Shown here in pieces: positions 41,084 through 49,363 of a stretch of DNA of 64,000 nucleotides. Below the pieces are notes generated by a model. It saw nothing but the letters and a program-made list of their open reading frames with translations, was not told where the DNA came from and did not search any database. How positions within the stretch are numbered: position 1 is the first letter of the stretch; every line of letters starts with the position of its first letter. The position numbers and the translations under genes were made by a program. Source of the stretch: Kofleriaceae bacterium (GTDB taxonomy: Bacteria; Myxococcota_A; Polyangia; Haliangiales; Haliangiaceae); assembly GCA_046597055.1 (NCBI GenBank), contig JBKJLC010000297.1, forward strand, positions 1 through 64,000. The letters are read 5' to 3'.

Positions 41084-44074
41084 GTGAAGGTCATCGACCG
41101 GGCCCGCCTGGGCTTACGCGAGGGCGCCTCGGACAAGCTGTACGAGGCCGACCTGGTCGAGGTGATCGCTGGGCAGTTCGTGGTGAACTTCCGGTTCGGG
41201 CGGCGCGGCGCCGCGCTCCGCGACGGCACCAAGACCGCTGTGCCAGTGCCTGAAGGCCGGGCCCGCGCGATCTTCGCCGCGCTGGTCGCCGAGAAGTCGG
41301 CCAAGGGCTACCAGCCGGTGGGCGTCGCCACCACCGCAACGCCGAGTCCGGCCGCGGCGCCCGCGAACCCCGGCAGCACCCACCAGGCGCTGCTGCACCG
41401 GCTGTGGCAGGGTCACCGCGGCGCCGGGCCGTTGCTGCCGGTGATCCGCCGGGTCGGCGAGCTCGGCGTGCGCGACGCCGAGCCGATCTTGCTCGAGCTG
41501 CTCGCCGCCAGCCGCACCAACGCCGAGGCGCCCGACGTGATCTGGCGCTACACGATCGTCGCCGCCCTGGCGCGGTGCGGATCGAGCGCGGCGGTGCCGG
41601 CGCTCGAGCGCCTGCCCGGCGATGGCGCCCAGCCCGATCACGTGCGCGACCTCGCGCGGCTCGCGCTCGCGATGATCTGGGGCGAGGCCGGCCGCGACCG
41701 CACCCGCGCGATGGCGCGCGCGCTGGTGCCACCGACGATCGCCGGCGATCCGTACCGGGCCGGGCCGACCAGCGCGACCGCCGGGGTCGAGGACCTGCTC
41801 GCGCGGGGGCGCACCGCCCAGGCCCGCGACGCGATCATCGGGCTCTACCTGCTCGACGACAGCGCCGCGCGCGCGGCGGTGCTGTCGGCGGCGCGCGGGC
41901 TGCGGCTGGCCGGCGGCGAGTGGCCGATCGTGCGCATGCTGATCCGCGGCGCCGAGCTGCGCCGCGACGGCGAGCTGTCGGCCCTGCTCGCGCGACGGAT
42001 CGAGGATCACCGGGGCGCCACGCCGTGCGGGCCGCGCACGCGGGCGTACTTTCGACGCCGGATCGCGCGGGTGCTGCGCCGGCTCGGCCAGCAAGGCTCG
42101 CCCGACTTCGTGGCGATGGCGGTGCCGCTCCTGCTCGGGTACCGCGACGACGATGCCGGCGAGGTCATCACCGGCGCGTACGGCGCGACCTACGACCGGT
42201 TCGCGCGTTTTCACGCGCTCAACATGCTGCTGTACGCGCGGTCGTCGCGCTACCAGCCCGGCCACCACGGCGCCGCGACCTGGCGGTGCGCCCCGTCCTA
42301 CCGGCCCGGCGGCCCGCCGCCGCGCGACCGCGAGGAGGCGTTCGGGCCGCTGTGGGACGCCGCGCCCGAGGCGCTGTGGCACCTGGTCCGCGCCGCTCGC
42401 GCCGAGCCGGTGGTGTACTTCGCGACCCGCGCGCTGCGCGACCAGCGCGGGTTCGTCGCCGCGCTCACCGATGGCGCGCTGGCCGCGGTGCTCGCCGACG
42501 GCCACCCGCTGGCCCAGCGGTTCGCGTTCGAGGCGGTGCGCGAGCGTCCGCTCACGGCCGAGCTGGCCCGCGCCGCGCTGGCCAGCTCGGTGGACGACGC
42601 CCACGACTGGGTGCTGGCCTGGGTCGAGCGCCACCCGGACCTGGCGATCGCCGACCCCGCGCTGGTCGCCCTCCTGATCACCGGCCCGTCGACGCGGGTG
42701 CGCGACGGCGGAGTGGCGTTGGTCCGCGGGCGCGGGCTCACCGACGAGGTCGCGCGCAGCGCCGCGACCCGGGCCCTGGCGATCCTGCTCGGGCTGTCCG
42801 ACACCCCCGAGGCCGCGGCGCGCGCCGCCGGCGCGGTCGCCGTGCTGCTGCGCGTGCTGGGCGCGCCGCTGCGCCGGCTGGGCGCTGACGTGCTGCGCGA
42901 TCTGATCGAACATCCGCTGGCCGCGCTCGGCGAGCTCGCCGGCGAGCTCATCCTCGCGCACGAGCAGGCGGCGGGGCTCCCGACCGACCTCGCCACCCAC
43001 CTGCTGGCCTCGCCGCACCCGTCGGTGCGCGCGCTCGGCGCCCGGGTGCTGGCCCAGACCCCGCCCGAGGTCGCCAAGGGCGATCCCGACGCCCTGGTGA
43101 CCTTCGCGCTGTCCGGAAACGCCGAGCTGCGCGCCGGCACCCGCGCGCTGATCGGCGAGGTCGCCCGCCGCTGGCCCGAGGTCGGCCGCGCGATCGCCGA
43201 CCTCCTGATCGACGCCCTCTTGACCGCCCAGCCCGCGGGCGCGCCGGCCCACGTGATCGCGCTGCTCCGCCACGAGCTCGCCGGGTGCCTGCCCGCGCGC
43301 GACGCGACCACCATCCTGCGCCTGTGCGGCGCGCTGTCGCCGCACGCGCGCGACGCGGGCGGCCTGCTCCTGCCCCAGCTCGGACCCGACGAGCTCGGCC
43401 TCGACGATCTGGTGCGACTCGCCAGCCACGAGTCGGTGCTGGTGCGGCAGGGCGCGTGGGCGCTGGCGGAGCAGGCCACGCCGCGGTGGAAGCTGGCCCC
43501 GGTCGCGCTGGCGCGCCTGTGCGACGCCAGCTGGGACGACAGCCGCGCCTTCGCGTTCGGCTTCGTGCGGCGCAGCTTCGACGCCGACGATCTCGCCCCC
43601 GACGCGATCATCGCGATGTGCGACAGCGTCCGACCCGCGGTCCAGGATTTCGGCAAGTCGCTGCTGCAAGAACACTTCCGCGGCGCGCACGCGGCGACCT
43701 ACCTGATCCGCCTCGGCGAGCACCCGGCGCCGGGCGTGCAGCTGCTGGTGTCGACCTTGCTCGACGCCGCGCGCGGCGATCTGGCCCGCCTGCAGGCCCT
43801 GCTGCCGTACCTCTACACCGTGCTCGGCCAGGTCAACCGCGGCGGCGTGGCCAAGCAGCGCGTGCTCGCGTTCGTGCGCGCCGAGGCGACCGCGAGCGCG
43901 GCGTCGGCCCGGCTGCTGGCCCCGCTGCTCGATCACCAGTCGGCGACGATCGCGATCACCCAGAAGGCGCCGCTGATCGCGACCATGGTCGCGGTTCACG
44001 ACGCGTATCCCGACGTCCCGCTGCCGATCGCGATCACGCCCGCGCGTCCGCACCGACCGGGCGGCCCGACGTGA
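41084..44074 (+). CDS. Retron-associated WGR-domain + ARM/HEAT-repeat protein (996 aa)
   Basis: N-terminal EGASDKLYEADL...VVNFRFGRRG...LVAEKSAKGY (WGR-like); the remainder is Leu/Ala-rich helical repeats; upstream of SWIM, ncRNA and RT. Confidence 0.82.
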   Translation: MKVIDRARLGLREGASDKLYEADLVEVIAGQFVVNFRFGRRGAALRDGTKTAVPVPEGRARAIFAALVAEKSAKGYQPVGVATTATPSPAAAPANPGSTHQALLHRLWQGHRGAGPLLPVIRRVGELGVRDAEPILLELLAASRTNAEAPDVIWRYTIVAALARCGSSAAVPALERLPGDGAQPDHVRDLARLALAMIWGEAGRDRTRAMARALVPPTIAGDPYRAGPTSATAGVEDLLARGRTAQARDAIIGLYLLDDSAARAAVLSAARGLRLAGGEWPIVRMLIRGAELRRDGELSALLARRIEDHRGATPCGPRTRAYFRRRIARVLRRLGQQGSPDFVAMAVPLLLGYRDDDAGEVITGAYGATYDRFARFHALNMLLYARSSRYQPGHHGAATWRCAPSYRPGGPPPRDREEAFGPLWDAAPEALWHLVRAARAEPVVYFATRALRDQRGFVAALTDGALAAVLADGHPLAQRFAFEAVRERPLTAELARAALASSVDDAHDWVLAWVERHPDLAIADPALVALLITGPSTRVRDGGVALVRGRGLTDEVARSAATRALAILLGLSDTPEAAARAAGAVAVLLRVLGAPLRRLGADVLRDLIEHPLAALGELAGELILAHEQAAGLPTDLATHLLASPHPSVRALGARVLAQTPPEVAKGDPDALVTFALSGNAELRAGTRALIGEVARRWPEVGRAIADLLIDALLTAQPAGAPAHVIALLRHELAGCLPARDATTILRLCGALSPHARDAGGLLLPQLGPDELGLDDLVRLASHESVLVRQGAWALAEQATPRWKLAPVALARLCDASWDDSRAFAFGFVRRSFDADDLAPDAIIAMCDSVRPAVQDFGKSLLQEHFRGAHAATYLIRLGEHPAPGVQLLVSTLLDAARGDLARLQALLPYLYTVLGQVNRGGVAKQRVLAFVRAEATASAASARLLAPLLDHQSATIAITQKAPLIATMVAVHDAYPDVPLPIAITPARPHRPGGPT

Positions 44075-46137
44075 TCTTCCAGCACCGCTACGCCGGGACC
44101 TCGACGGTGCGCCAGGCCGACGACGCGACCGCGATGTCGTTCGCACCCGACCTCCTGCGTGCGCCGACCTACTTCCGCGGCCGGGTCACCCGCGCGCTCG
44201 AGTTTCGCGAGGCGATGAGCGCGCTGCACGACGTGGTGGTGGCCGACCTGCGCTTCGTGCCCAGGGACCGCACGTCGTACCTGGCGTGGCGCGAGCGCCA
44301 GGCTCACGTCGCGCCCGGCGCCGCGGCCGCGCAGCAGGCCGAGGTCGCGGCCGAGATGGCCCGGCTCGGCGCCGAGTTGACCGAGCTCGATCGCAAGCGC
44401 GCGGACCGCCACCGCGCCTTCCACGGCGCGCGCCAGCGCTACTTCGACTACCTCTACCAGCGCGACCGCGACCTGTGGTTCAAGCTCGATCCGATCATCA
44501 CGGTCCACCCCGACCAGGTGTTCTTCGAGTGCTTCTCGCGCGACGAGTCGAGCTACGGCCGGCTGGCCGCCTCGTACGACGTCTTCGACCAGCTCGGCGA
44601 GCGGGCCAACGGCACCACCAACATCGACTACTCGCAGGGCCTGTACGACGAGTTCCAGAAGGTCCGCAGCTACAAGACGACCACGCTCGACATCGATCCG
44701 TCGGGCTTCGGCGTGGAGACCGCGCTGGAAGAGCGCTTCCGCGAGGTGAAGATCGACGTGCCCGACAGCTGGGTGCGCGGGCTGCTCCAGGTGTCGAGCG
44801 CGATGACGCTGCCGACCCACGTCGTCGATCTGCACCCGATGGACGTCCACAACCTTTGCTTCGTGCTGCGCCGCAACCAGGAGCGGTTCGGGCCCCGCTC
44901 GCTGCGCTGGCAGCTCACGCCGGGCGCGCCGGCGACGGTCGTGGTCGAGCCGTGGGGCATCGAGCTCCGCTGCCCGCGCTCGATCTACCGGGGCGATCAG
45001 CCGGCCGAGATCCGCATGTGGGGCCGGCGCCGGCTCCACGTGCTCGAGCGGCTGCTGCCGCGCGCCCGCCGGGTCCGGCTGCACCTGCTCGGCACCGGCC
45101 AGCCCACGTTCTGGGTGGTCGATCTCGGCGCGCTGACGTTCACGCTCGGCCTGTCGGGCTGGACCCGCAACGACTGGGCCCAGGCCAGCAACTTCGACTT
45201 GATGGCGGCGCGCGAGGACGTCGACCTCGACACCCAGGAGCGCGTGTTTGCTGCGCTCGGCAAGCACTGGCGCGCGAGCCCCGACACGCTGGCGAGCGAG
45301 CTGAACCTGAGCCGACCGATCGTCGCGTCGGCGCTGGCCGGCTGGGTCCAGTGCGGCCGCGCGGTCTACGACCTCGATCAGGGCGTCTATCGCAAGCGCG
45401 AGCTGACCGGCGCGCCGCTGCCGGTCGAGCGGCTGCGCTACGCCAGCGCCCGCGAGGCCGCCGCCGGCCAGCTGGTCCAGCAGGCCAAGATCGCGGTCGA
45501 CGACGCCAGCACGGCCGATGGCGGCCTGCGCCTGGTCGGTCGGCTGATGCACCGCGACCGGCTGTTCACCACCGAGCTCGTGCTCGACGTCGACCGGCGG
45601 CTGGTCGCCGGCGAGTGCAGCTGCGACCACTTCGTCCGCAACCGGCTGCTCCGCGGCCCGTGCGAGCACATGCTGGCCCTGCGCGCGGCCCACCGCCGCG
45701 GCGTGTCCGATCTGATCGACCTCGGCGACTACCAGGCGACGTGCCGCCAGGCGGTGGCGCACGCGACCACGCTGCGCGCCGGCGACCCCGCCGCCGCGGT
45801 GCGCGCGCTCACCCGCGCCGCGAAGCTGGTGCCAGCCGGCTCGCCCGAGTGGGCGCGCCTCCAGGAGGTGCTGGCCGAGACCCACCTCGCCGCCGGCGAC
45901 CGGGCCACGGCACTGGCAGCCGCCGAGCGCGCGCTGCGCGTGGCGCCGACCAGCCCGCTCGCGTTGCGCATCCAGCGCGCGCTGCAGGTCGATCCGGCGG
46001 CCAGCGCGCCACCCGCCGCCCCTGCCGCGGACGAGCCGGTGGCCGCGCCGGAGCCGCCGAAGAAGCCCGGCTTCTGGCGCCGCCTGGTCGGGCGGTTCGG
46101 CAGCAAGAAACCCCCGCCCACCGACGAGTCGGCATGA
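44071..46137 (+). CDS. Retron-associated SWIM Zn-finger protein with C-terminal TPR-like extension (688 aa)
   Basis: GTG 44071 overlaps the WGR stop (GTGA); LDPIITVHPDQVFFECFSRDESSY, GTTNIDYS, SWVRGLLQV, LGLSGWTRNDW; SWIM CSC-x12-CEH at 45616-45669. Confidence 0.85.
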   Translation: MIFQHRYAGTSTVRQADDATAMSFAPDLLRAPTYFRGRVTRALEFREAMSALHDVVVADLRFVPRDRTSYLAWRERQAHVAPGAAAAQQAEVAAEMARLGAELTELDRKRADRHRAFHGARQRYFDYLYQRDRDLWFKLDPIITVHPDQVFFECFSRDESSYGRLAASYDVFDQLGERANGTTNIDYSQGLYDEFQKVRSYKTTTLDIDPSGFGVETALEERFREVKIDVPDSWVRGLLQVSSAMTLPTHVVDLHPMDVHNLCFVLRRNQERFGPRSLRWQLTPGAPATVVVEPWGIELRCPRSIYRGDQPAEIRMWGRRRLHVLERLLPRARRVRLHLLGTGQPTFWVVDLGALTFTLGLSGWTRNDWAQASNFDLMAAREDVDLDTQERVFAALGKHWRASPDTLASELNLSRPIVASALAGWVQCGRAVYDLDQGVYRKRELTGAPLPVERLRYASAREAAAGQLVQQAKIAVDDASTADGGLRLVGRLMHRDRLFTTELVLDVDRRLVAGECSCDHFVRNRLLRGPCEHMLALRAAHRRGVSDLIDLGDYQATCRQAVAHATTLRAGDPAAAVRALTRAAKLVPAGSPEWARLQEVLAETHLAAGDRATALAAAERALRVAPTSPLALRIQRALQVDPAASAPPAAPAADEPVAAPEPPKKPGFWRRLVGRFGSKKPPPTDESA

Positions 46138-46616
46138 CGCCGCACCTGCGCGGCGCGGTGATCGCCCTCGTGCTGCTCGGCGCCGGGTGTCGCGACCGAG
46201 AGGTCACCCCGGCGGGGGCCGGCAAGGTCGAGCTGATCGAGGCGCCGGCCGCGATCGCGCTCGCGCCGGTGGTCGCCGGCGAGGTAGTCCGCGCCCGCGC
46301 CGACGGCAAGCAGCTGATCGTCTACGTCGGCGCCGCGTGGTGCGAGCCCTGCAAGTACTTCCACGACGCGGTGACGCGTGGCGAGCTCGACGCCGGGTTC
46401 CCGACCCTGCGGCTGCTCGCGTTCGACGCCGACCGCGATCAGGACGCGCTGCAGGCGGCGGGCTACGACGCGTCGATGATTCCGCTGTTCGCGGTCCCGG
46501 CTGCCGACGGCACCCCCAGCGCGCAGCGGATGCAGGGCTCGATCAAGGGCCCCGGCGCGGTCGCCGAGATCACGCCGCGGCTGCGCGCGCTGCTCGCGGC
46601 CGCCGCCGCCCGCTGA
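46134..46616 (+). CDS. Thioredoxin-family lipoprotein (WCEPC)
   Basis: ATGA overlap with the SWIM gene; lipobox GAGC; VYVGAAWCEPC; cis-Pro motif MIPLF. Confidence 0.85.
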   Translation: MTPHLRGAVIALVLLGAGCRDREVTPAGAGKVELIEAPAAIALAPVVAGEVVRARADGKQLIVYVGAAWCEPCKYFHDAVTRGELDAGFPTLRLLAFDADRDQDALQAAGYDASMIPLFAVPAADGTPSAQRMQGSIKGPGAVAEITPRLRALLAAAAAR

Positions 46617-46630
46617 CCGGCGGCGAGGCC

Positions 46631-46660
46631 TTGCGCCGGCCCGGCGCGCTGGCTGATAGT
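46631..46660 (+). promoter_or_regulatory. Putative sigma70-type promoter of the retron ncRNA-RT unit
   Basis: TTGCGC (46631-36), 18-nt spacer, GATAGT (46655-60); a 6-nt gap places +1 at about G46667, the start of the 5' inverted repeat. Confidence 0.55.
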
Positions 46661-46665
46661 CGCGC

Positions 46666-46897
46666 CGCGTGGTGGGTGTGCCTCGTGACCTTGCAACCCG
46701 GGCGGCGTTTCGCCGCTCTTGCGATCACGCCATGCATGCCTCACTGGCTCGCTCAATACTGTGTGAAATCAGTGCCGTCGCACAGGTTCCGGCTGGGATC
46801 CCCTGCGGGAATCGAACGCAGCGCGACGGCACCGATTTCACTCGAGCCGAGACGATCCAGTCCCAGGAGTGAACGAAGGTAGGCGGCCCACCACGCG
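46666..46897 (+). ncRNA. Retron msr-msd non-coding RNA
   Basis: Perfect 11-bp terminal inverted repeats CGCGTGGTGGG (46666-76) / CCCACCACGCG (46887-97); candidate branch G46678; msr stem-loop at 46684-46729; 18/19-bp msd hairpin arms 46763-81 / 46823-41; directly upstream of the retron RT. Confidence 0.85.
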
Positions 46898-46921
46898 CCT
46901 TTTTCCGCTGACCTCATCCTC

Positions 46922-48328
46922 GTGCCCGACGACGCCCCCCCGCGCAATCGCAAGGAGCTGTACGAGCGCATCGCGCGCGGCGGCAAGGACGAGGTGATCG
47001 TCGAGGAGATGATCCGGCTCGGCTTCTGGCCGGCGGCCGGCGCCCTGCCTGACGATCCGGCCGACGAGCTGCGCCGACGCAGCGAGCTGGTCGGTCGGCT
47101 CGTCACGCTGCGCGACCAGGCCGGCCGGCTGCGCAATGCCGCGCAGCTCGAGCAGGACGCACGCGCCCAGCGGCTCGCCGACGCGCGGCGCAAGCGCGAG
47201 GAGACCAAGCAGCGCCGGCTCGCGATCCGCGCGGCCCGTCAGGTCGCGTGGCGCGAGCGCAAGACCCGCGAGATCGGCTACCTCGGCGCCGGCGTCTCGG
47301 CCGGGCTGGGCCCCGCGCGGCCGGGCACACCGGTGGCAACCCCGGGCCCCGAGCTCCCGGTCCTGCATACCGCCGCTGATCTCGCGGCGGCGATGCAGAT
47401 CACCGTGGGCCAGCTCCGGTTCCTGGCGTTCGCCCGCGAGGTTTCGACCACCACCCACTACCGCCGCTTCACGATCCCCAAGCGCACCGGCGGCGAGCGC
47501 CTGATCTCGGCGCCCCGCGCGCGGCTGAAGGACGCGCAGCGCTGGATCCTCGCCAACGTACTCGAGCGGGTGGCGCTGGCCGAGCCGGCCCACGGCTTCG
47601 TCCGCGGCCGCTCGATCGTGACCAACGCGGTGCCCCACGTCGGCGCCGCGGTGGTCGTCAACGTCGACCTCAAGGACTTCTTCCCGACCGTCACCTACCG
47701 CCGGGTCAAGGGCCTGTTCCGCCGGCTCGGCTACGGCGAAGAGATCGCCACCCTGCTCGGCCTCCTGTGCACCGAGCCCGACGTGACCGAGACCGTGCTC
47801 GACGGCATCACCTACTACGTCGCGCGCTCGGCCCGGCACCTGCCGCAGGGCGCGCCGACCAGCCCGGCGATCACCAACGTCATGTGCCGGCGCCTCGATC
47901 GGCGCCTCGCCGGCTGCGCCGCCAAACATGGCTTCACGTACACCCGCTACGCCGACGACCTGACGCTGTCGAGCAAGGACGCCGCGGCCCCGGTCGGTGC
48001 CGTGCTCGCGATCATCCACAAGGTCGCGGTCGGCGAGGGCTGGACCGTGCATCCCGACAAGGTCCGCGTGCTGCGCAAGGGCCGCCGCCAGGAGGTCACC
48101 GGCGTGATCGTCAACGAGCGCCCCGGCATCGCGCGCACCACCCTGCGCCGGTTTCGCGCGCTGCTCCACCAGATCGAGCGCGACGGCCCCGCCGGCAAGC
48201 GCTGGGGCGCCGCCGGCGACGTGTTCGTGTCGGCGCTCGGCTTCGCCAGCTACGTGGCGATGGTCGATCCGGCCCGCGGCGCCGCCCTGCGCGCCCAGGT
48301 CCTCGCCCTGCGCGCGCGCCACCGCTGA
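46922..48328 (+). CDS. Retron-type reverse transcriptase with ~150-aa N-terminal extension
   Basis: YRRFTIPKRTGGERLISAP, AHGF...SIVTNAVPH (region X NAxxH), DLKDFFPT, LPQGAPTSP, YTRYADDL, QEVTGVIVN (region Y VTG); no maturase or endonuclease domain. Confidence 0.95.
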   Translation: MPDDAPPRNRKELYERIARGGKDEVIVEEMIRLGFWPAAGALPDDPADELRRRSELVGRLVTLRDQAGRLRNAAQLEQDARAQRLADARRKREETKQRRLAIRAARQVAWRERKTREIGYLGAGVSAGLGPARPGTPVATPGPELPVLHTAADLAAAMQITVGQLRFLAFAREVSTTTHYRRFTIPKRTGGERLISAPRARLKDAQRWILANVLERVALAEPAHGFVRGRSIVTNAVPHVGAAVVVNVDLKDFFPTVTYRRVKGLFRRLGYGEEIATLLGLLCTEPDVTETVLDGITYYVARSARHLPQGAPTSPAITNVMCRRLDRRLAGCAAKHGFTYTRYADDLTLSSKDAAAPVGAVLAIIHKVAVGEGWTVHPDKVRVLRKGRRQEVTGVIVNERPGIARTTLRRFRALLHQIERDGPAGKRWGAAGDVFVSALGFASYVAMVDPARGAALRAQVLALRARHR

Positions 48329-48399
48329 GCTGAGCGAAGCGAGCCGGCTCCGCTCCGTACCGATCGGGCCCGGGCTCCGGCCCGCGGCCGACCGATCGA
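48326..48399 (+). repeat. ~75-nt structured repeat, copy B (copy A at 2100..2174)
   Basis: Starts at the RT stop codon; hairpin CGGGC-TCCG-GCCCG shows a compensatory change relative to copy A. Confidence 0.8.
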
Positions 48400-48523
48400 G
48401 CTACGCCCACCCGATGGCCGGGCCATCGGCGCCATCCCATGCTCGCCCGGGTGCGCCGCCGGCGCTGGACCGTGGTCCGAGGCCACCGGCGGCGGTGAGC
48501 ACCCGCGATGCTACGCTTCCGGC

Positions 48524-49297
48524 ATGGACCCGATCGACGCGCGCCATACCCGTCGCGACACGCTCGCGGTCGTCTTGACCGTGCTCGGCGGCGCGGCCTG
48601 GCTGAGCGCCCCGGTCGCCCTGCTGCTGCGCGACCTGCGGCTAATCCTGCCGGTGTGCACCATCGCCGGCTGCGCGATCGGCGCCGCCTGTGTCGCGTCG
48701 CTCGTGCCCCGCCTGTCCCGCACCACCGCGGCGGTGGCCGGCGCGATCACCCACCTGCTCGCCCGCGGCATCTTGATCCTGTGGGCCCTGGTGCCCGGCG
48801 GCGCGCTTCGCCCCGAGGATCTGCTGATCGCCCTGGCCGCGGCCGGCGCCGCCGCGGCCGGCGCCAGCGTGGGTGGCCGCGCCCCGCGTGGCCTGACCCT
48901 GCTGCTGGTGGCCGGGATGGTGTCGCTGGCGGTCGCCACCCTGGGCGCGGTGCTGCTCGGCGTGCTCCACCTGCTCGGGGGGGAAGCGCCCCTGCTGGGG
49001 ACGTTCGGCTTCCTGCTGGCGCCGGTGGCCGGCGGGGTGGTGGCGGCCGCGTTGTTCCCGGAGATCAGCGCGGGCAAGGTGGCCGGCGGCTGGCTGGTGC
49101 TCGGCCTCGGGACCGCGGCCGTGGTCGCCGTCATCGCGCAGTCGGGCTTCTTCTTCGTCAGCGGCCTGCTCGCCGGCATTGTCCTGGGCGTGATGCCGGC
49201 CGGCCTGGGCGCGATCGGGGCCGGCGTGTACCGGACCCTGCGCCCGCGGCCGCCGGTCGACGTCACCCCGCTGCCGTCGGCGCGCGTGCTTCGCTGA
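48524..49297 (+). CDS. Hypothetical multi-pass membrane protein
   Basis: About 7-8 hydrophobic segments; TACGCT lies 6 nt upstream of the ATG. Confidence 0.7.
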   Translation: MDPIDARHTRRDTLAVVLTVLGGAAWLSAPVALLLRDLRLILPVCTIAGCAIGAACVASLVPRLSRTTAAVAGAITHLLARGILILWALVPGGALRPEDLLIALAAAGAAAAGASVGGRAPRGLTLLLVAGMVSLAVATLGAVLLGVLHLLGGEAPLLGTFGFLLAPVAGGVVAAALFPEISAGKVAGGWLVLGLGTAAVVAVIAQSGFFFVSGLLAGIVLGVMPAGLGAIGAGVYRTLRPRPPVDVTPLPSARVLR

Positions 49298-49363
49298 CCC
49301 GCCGCGCGACCACCCGGCCGAAAAGTTGGCCCGGATCGAGAGCGTAGGCAGAGTGCGGGGGTA

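Noticed and set aside
46922..48328. Group II intron, DGR or CRISPR-associated RT
   Set aside because: There is no maturase/endonuclease domain, intron domain V, TR/VR repeat pair or cas1. The NAxxH and VTG motifs and the upstream msr-msd point to a retron.
48524..49297. Membrane protein as a retron effector
   Set aside because: It is separated from the RT by a repeat element and about 195 nt and has its own -10 box; nothing links it beyond proximity, though this is not excluded.
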